Part shown: positions 62,350 to 64,000 of the stretch, one piece after another
Layout of the letters: each line of letters opens with the position of its first letter
Position numbering within the stretch: the first letter of the stretch is position 1
DNA from: Raillietiella orientalis
Lineage: Eukaryota
DNA: 64,000 nt
Assembly (NCBI GenBank): GCA_036172245.1
Contig: JAYWIR010000027.1
Span: forward strand, 2,914,001-2,978,000
Direction: 5' to 3'
Position numbers and translations under genes: made by a program
Notes under the pieces: generated by a model
Seen by the model: the letters and a program-made list of their open reading frames with translations, nothing else
Databases searched by the model: none
Told to the model about the DNA's origin: nothing

Positions 62350-63980
62350 CTTTTCCTCTGGAAACACTAAGCGCAATTCGCTGATTTCCTACATCTGGCA
62401 TGAAGTAATTTCCAGTTGGATAGCTGATTCCCTTGGTAACATTGAAAAATTGGAACATTCCATTGGAAAGTGCTTTTCACCACTTCGCTTTTCAAGAGGA
62501 ATCCATTGCCTGGCAGGCATGAAACATGGGTACTTTCCACTCCATCACTCAAGGAAAAGGAAATTAGGAACAGTCAGAGTCCTCACAAATTCGGTAAAAT
62601 AAGAGAAACGAAGAAGCTCTGTATTTGCACTCCTAAACTTATCCAGAGCTGTCCTTCTCGCTGTCCTTCCCAATCACACAGTAGAGAGAAATTTGTTTTC
62701 GCAGAGTGGTGAAGCTGTTTCATTGCCAAGGATGAATTGCTTGCTAATCTAAGAATTCCATCTGCCTGCGAGGGTCCGCTGCTAGTGAGCAATTATGGCA
62801 CTACGAATTTCTCCAAATCGACCACCCTGCACGTCCTAAAAACCTCAGTGAATTCAATATGGTGTGGGTCAAGAAATCAAAAGACCCTTATTCCTGAATT
62901 CGCAATCGCACTTTCAAATAGGTCTCAAATCTGCCTGGAAAACCTCAGTGTACTCTGGTCACCAGACAGTGTAAATGATCATAATCATACTCGTCCACAT
63001 CAATCTGCATCATCGAGCAGGCCTCAGCCAAAGTAGCGGAGTCGCCGCTGGAGTAGGTGCCGCTCGGTTGCCGGGGCACTGGTGCAACAAAACGATAGCT
63101 CGTATTCGCCCTATTTCGCAGGAACAGCGGAAGAAAACCTCAAGTTTTCATGATTCTTATCTTCTCCAGTCTTCTTCGATCATCTGAGATCTGTGAGTGA
63201 AATTCCTTCTTAGGAACAATGGCTACCAAAAAAGTGCAAACAGCCGATATTGCGATATTGCTGTTCTTGTAGAGTCCATTCTATCCACGAATACCAGATC
63301 CATTCTTTCCGCAAAATTTGAGCGCTTCGTTCCATTTACCTATGGCGATGAGTCATAGTTGCCATAGAGTCTGGCATGCCCTCCCCTTAACAGATGGAAA
63401 GCTTTCCTGCGTCAACCTCACACTGCTTAACCTGGAGCGCATCATGCAGTCATAGTCCCTGTCCAGACATGGACTTCTACCCGATTCTTCTATTTTTCGA
63501 GTAACAGAAACGACGTCTGTTATGTAGCTGTATTTTCTAAATATCCCACCGGATGGCTTGAAAAGAGGTGGCACCTGTGGAACTGCACCTGTGAATCCCT
63601 CATCTTCGATCGCTTCCGCAATCAAAACTCGAAGAACAAAAGCGCTGTTAGAAGAAGAGCATTAGCTAGGCAGTGTGCAAGACGCTGCTTACTCACGGAT
63701 ACTACAGAGGAGGAGTCCCAAAGGGTGTGCCAAACCCCTCGACTTGCACTGTGGTCAACTTCGGACGTACTGTCCTTGATATCCTTTGATTCGATGTGAC
63801 AAAGTTCTCGGTGGATGCCGTGGTCTGCCATCCGACCAATACACCTGAGATTCATCCTCTTTGTCCACACTTTTTCCTTGAGACTGCTGAAATACATCGT
63901 CCACTGTTTTGAGAGCAAACATTCTTCCTAAAGACATATTCGCAGTAGAGTCATTTTCCGGTAGTCGCACAACTACCACT
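62350..63980 (-). pseudogene. Highly degenerate L1-type ORF2 relic
   Basis: Collinear decayed motifs: ADH (~63825), GRSPCLD (KSPG.D-like, ~63470), broken QGD.PLLF (~63040), broken ADDV (~63000), ADGILRL (~62760) and GVESTHV (~62530). Confidence 0.45.
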
Positions 63981-64000
63981 CACATGACTGTCTACAGCCA

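Overview
Eukaryotic nuclear DNA from an invertebrate, most likely an arthropod; the embedded mitochondrial genes use the invertebrate mitochondrial code and the arthropod nad5-H-nad4-nad4L / nad6-cob blocks. Spliced genes: IGHMBP2 and TRMT12/TYW2 (both minus strand, only 33 nt apart), a P5B ATPase (ATP13A-like, plus), a kelch-repeat gene (plus), NASP (minus) and a probable single-exon orphan (plus). The AT-rich housekeeping genes mostly have very small introns (about 37-55 nt). The right third holds a near full-length frameshifted L1/Tx1-type LINE, a degenerate mitochondrial insertion (NUMT) of about 6.8 kb with rearranged gene order and T-armless tRNAs, and a stack of L1/Tx1 relics. Several relics of one GC-rich family show an ORF2-end -> pyrimidine-rich spacer with a conserved hairpin -> ORF1-start junction. 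All calls come from manual reading and translation; no searches were run, and relic boundaries are approximate.
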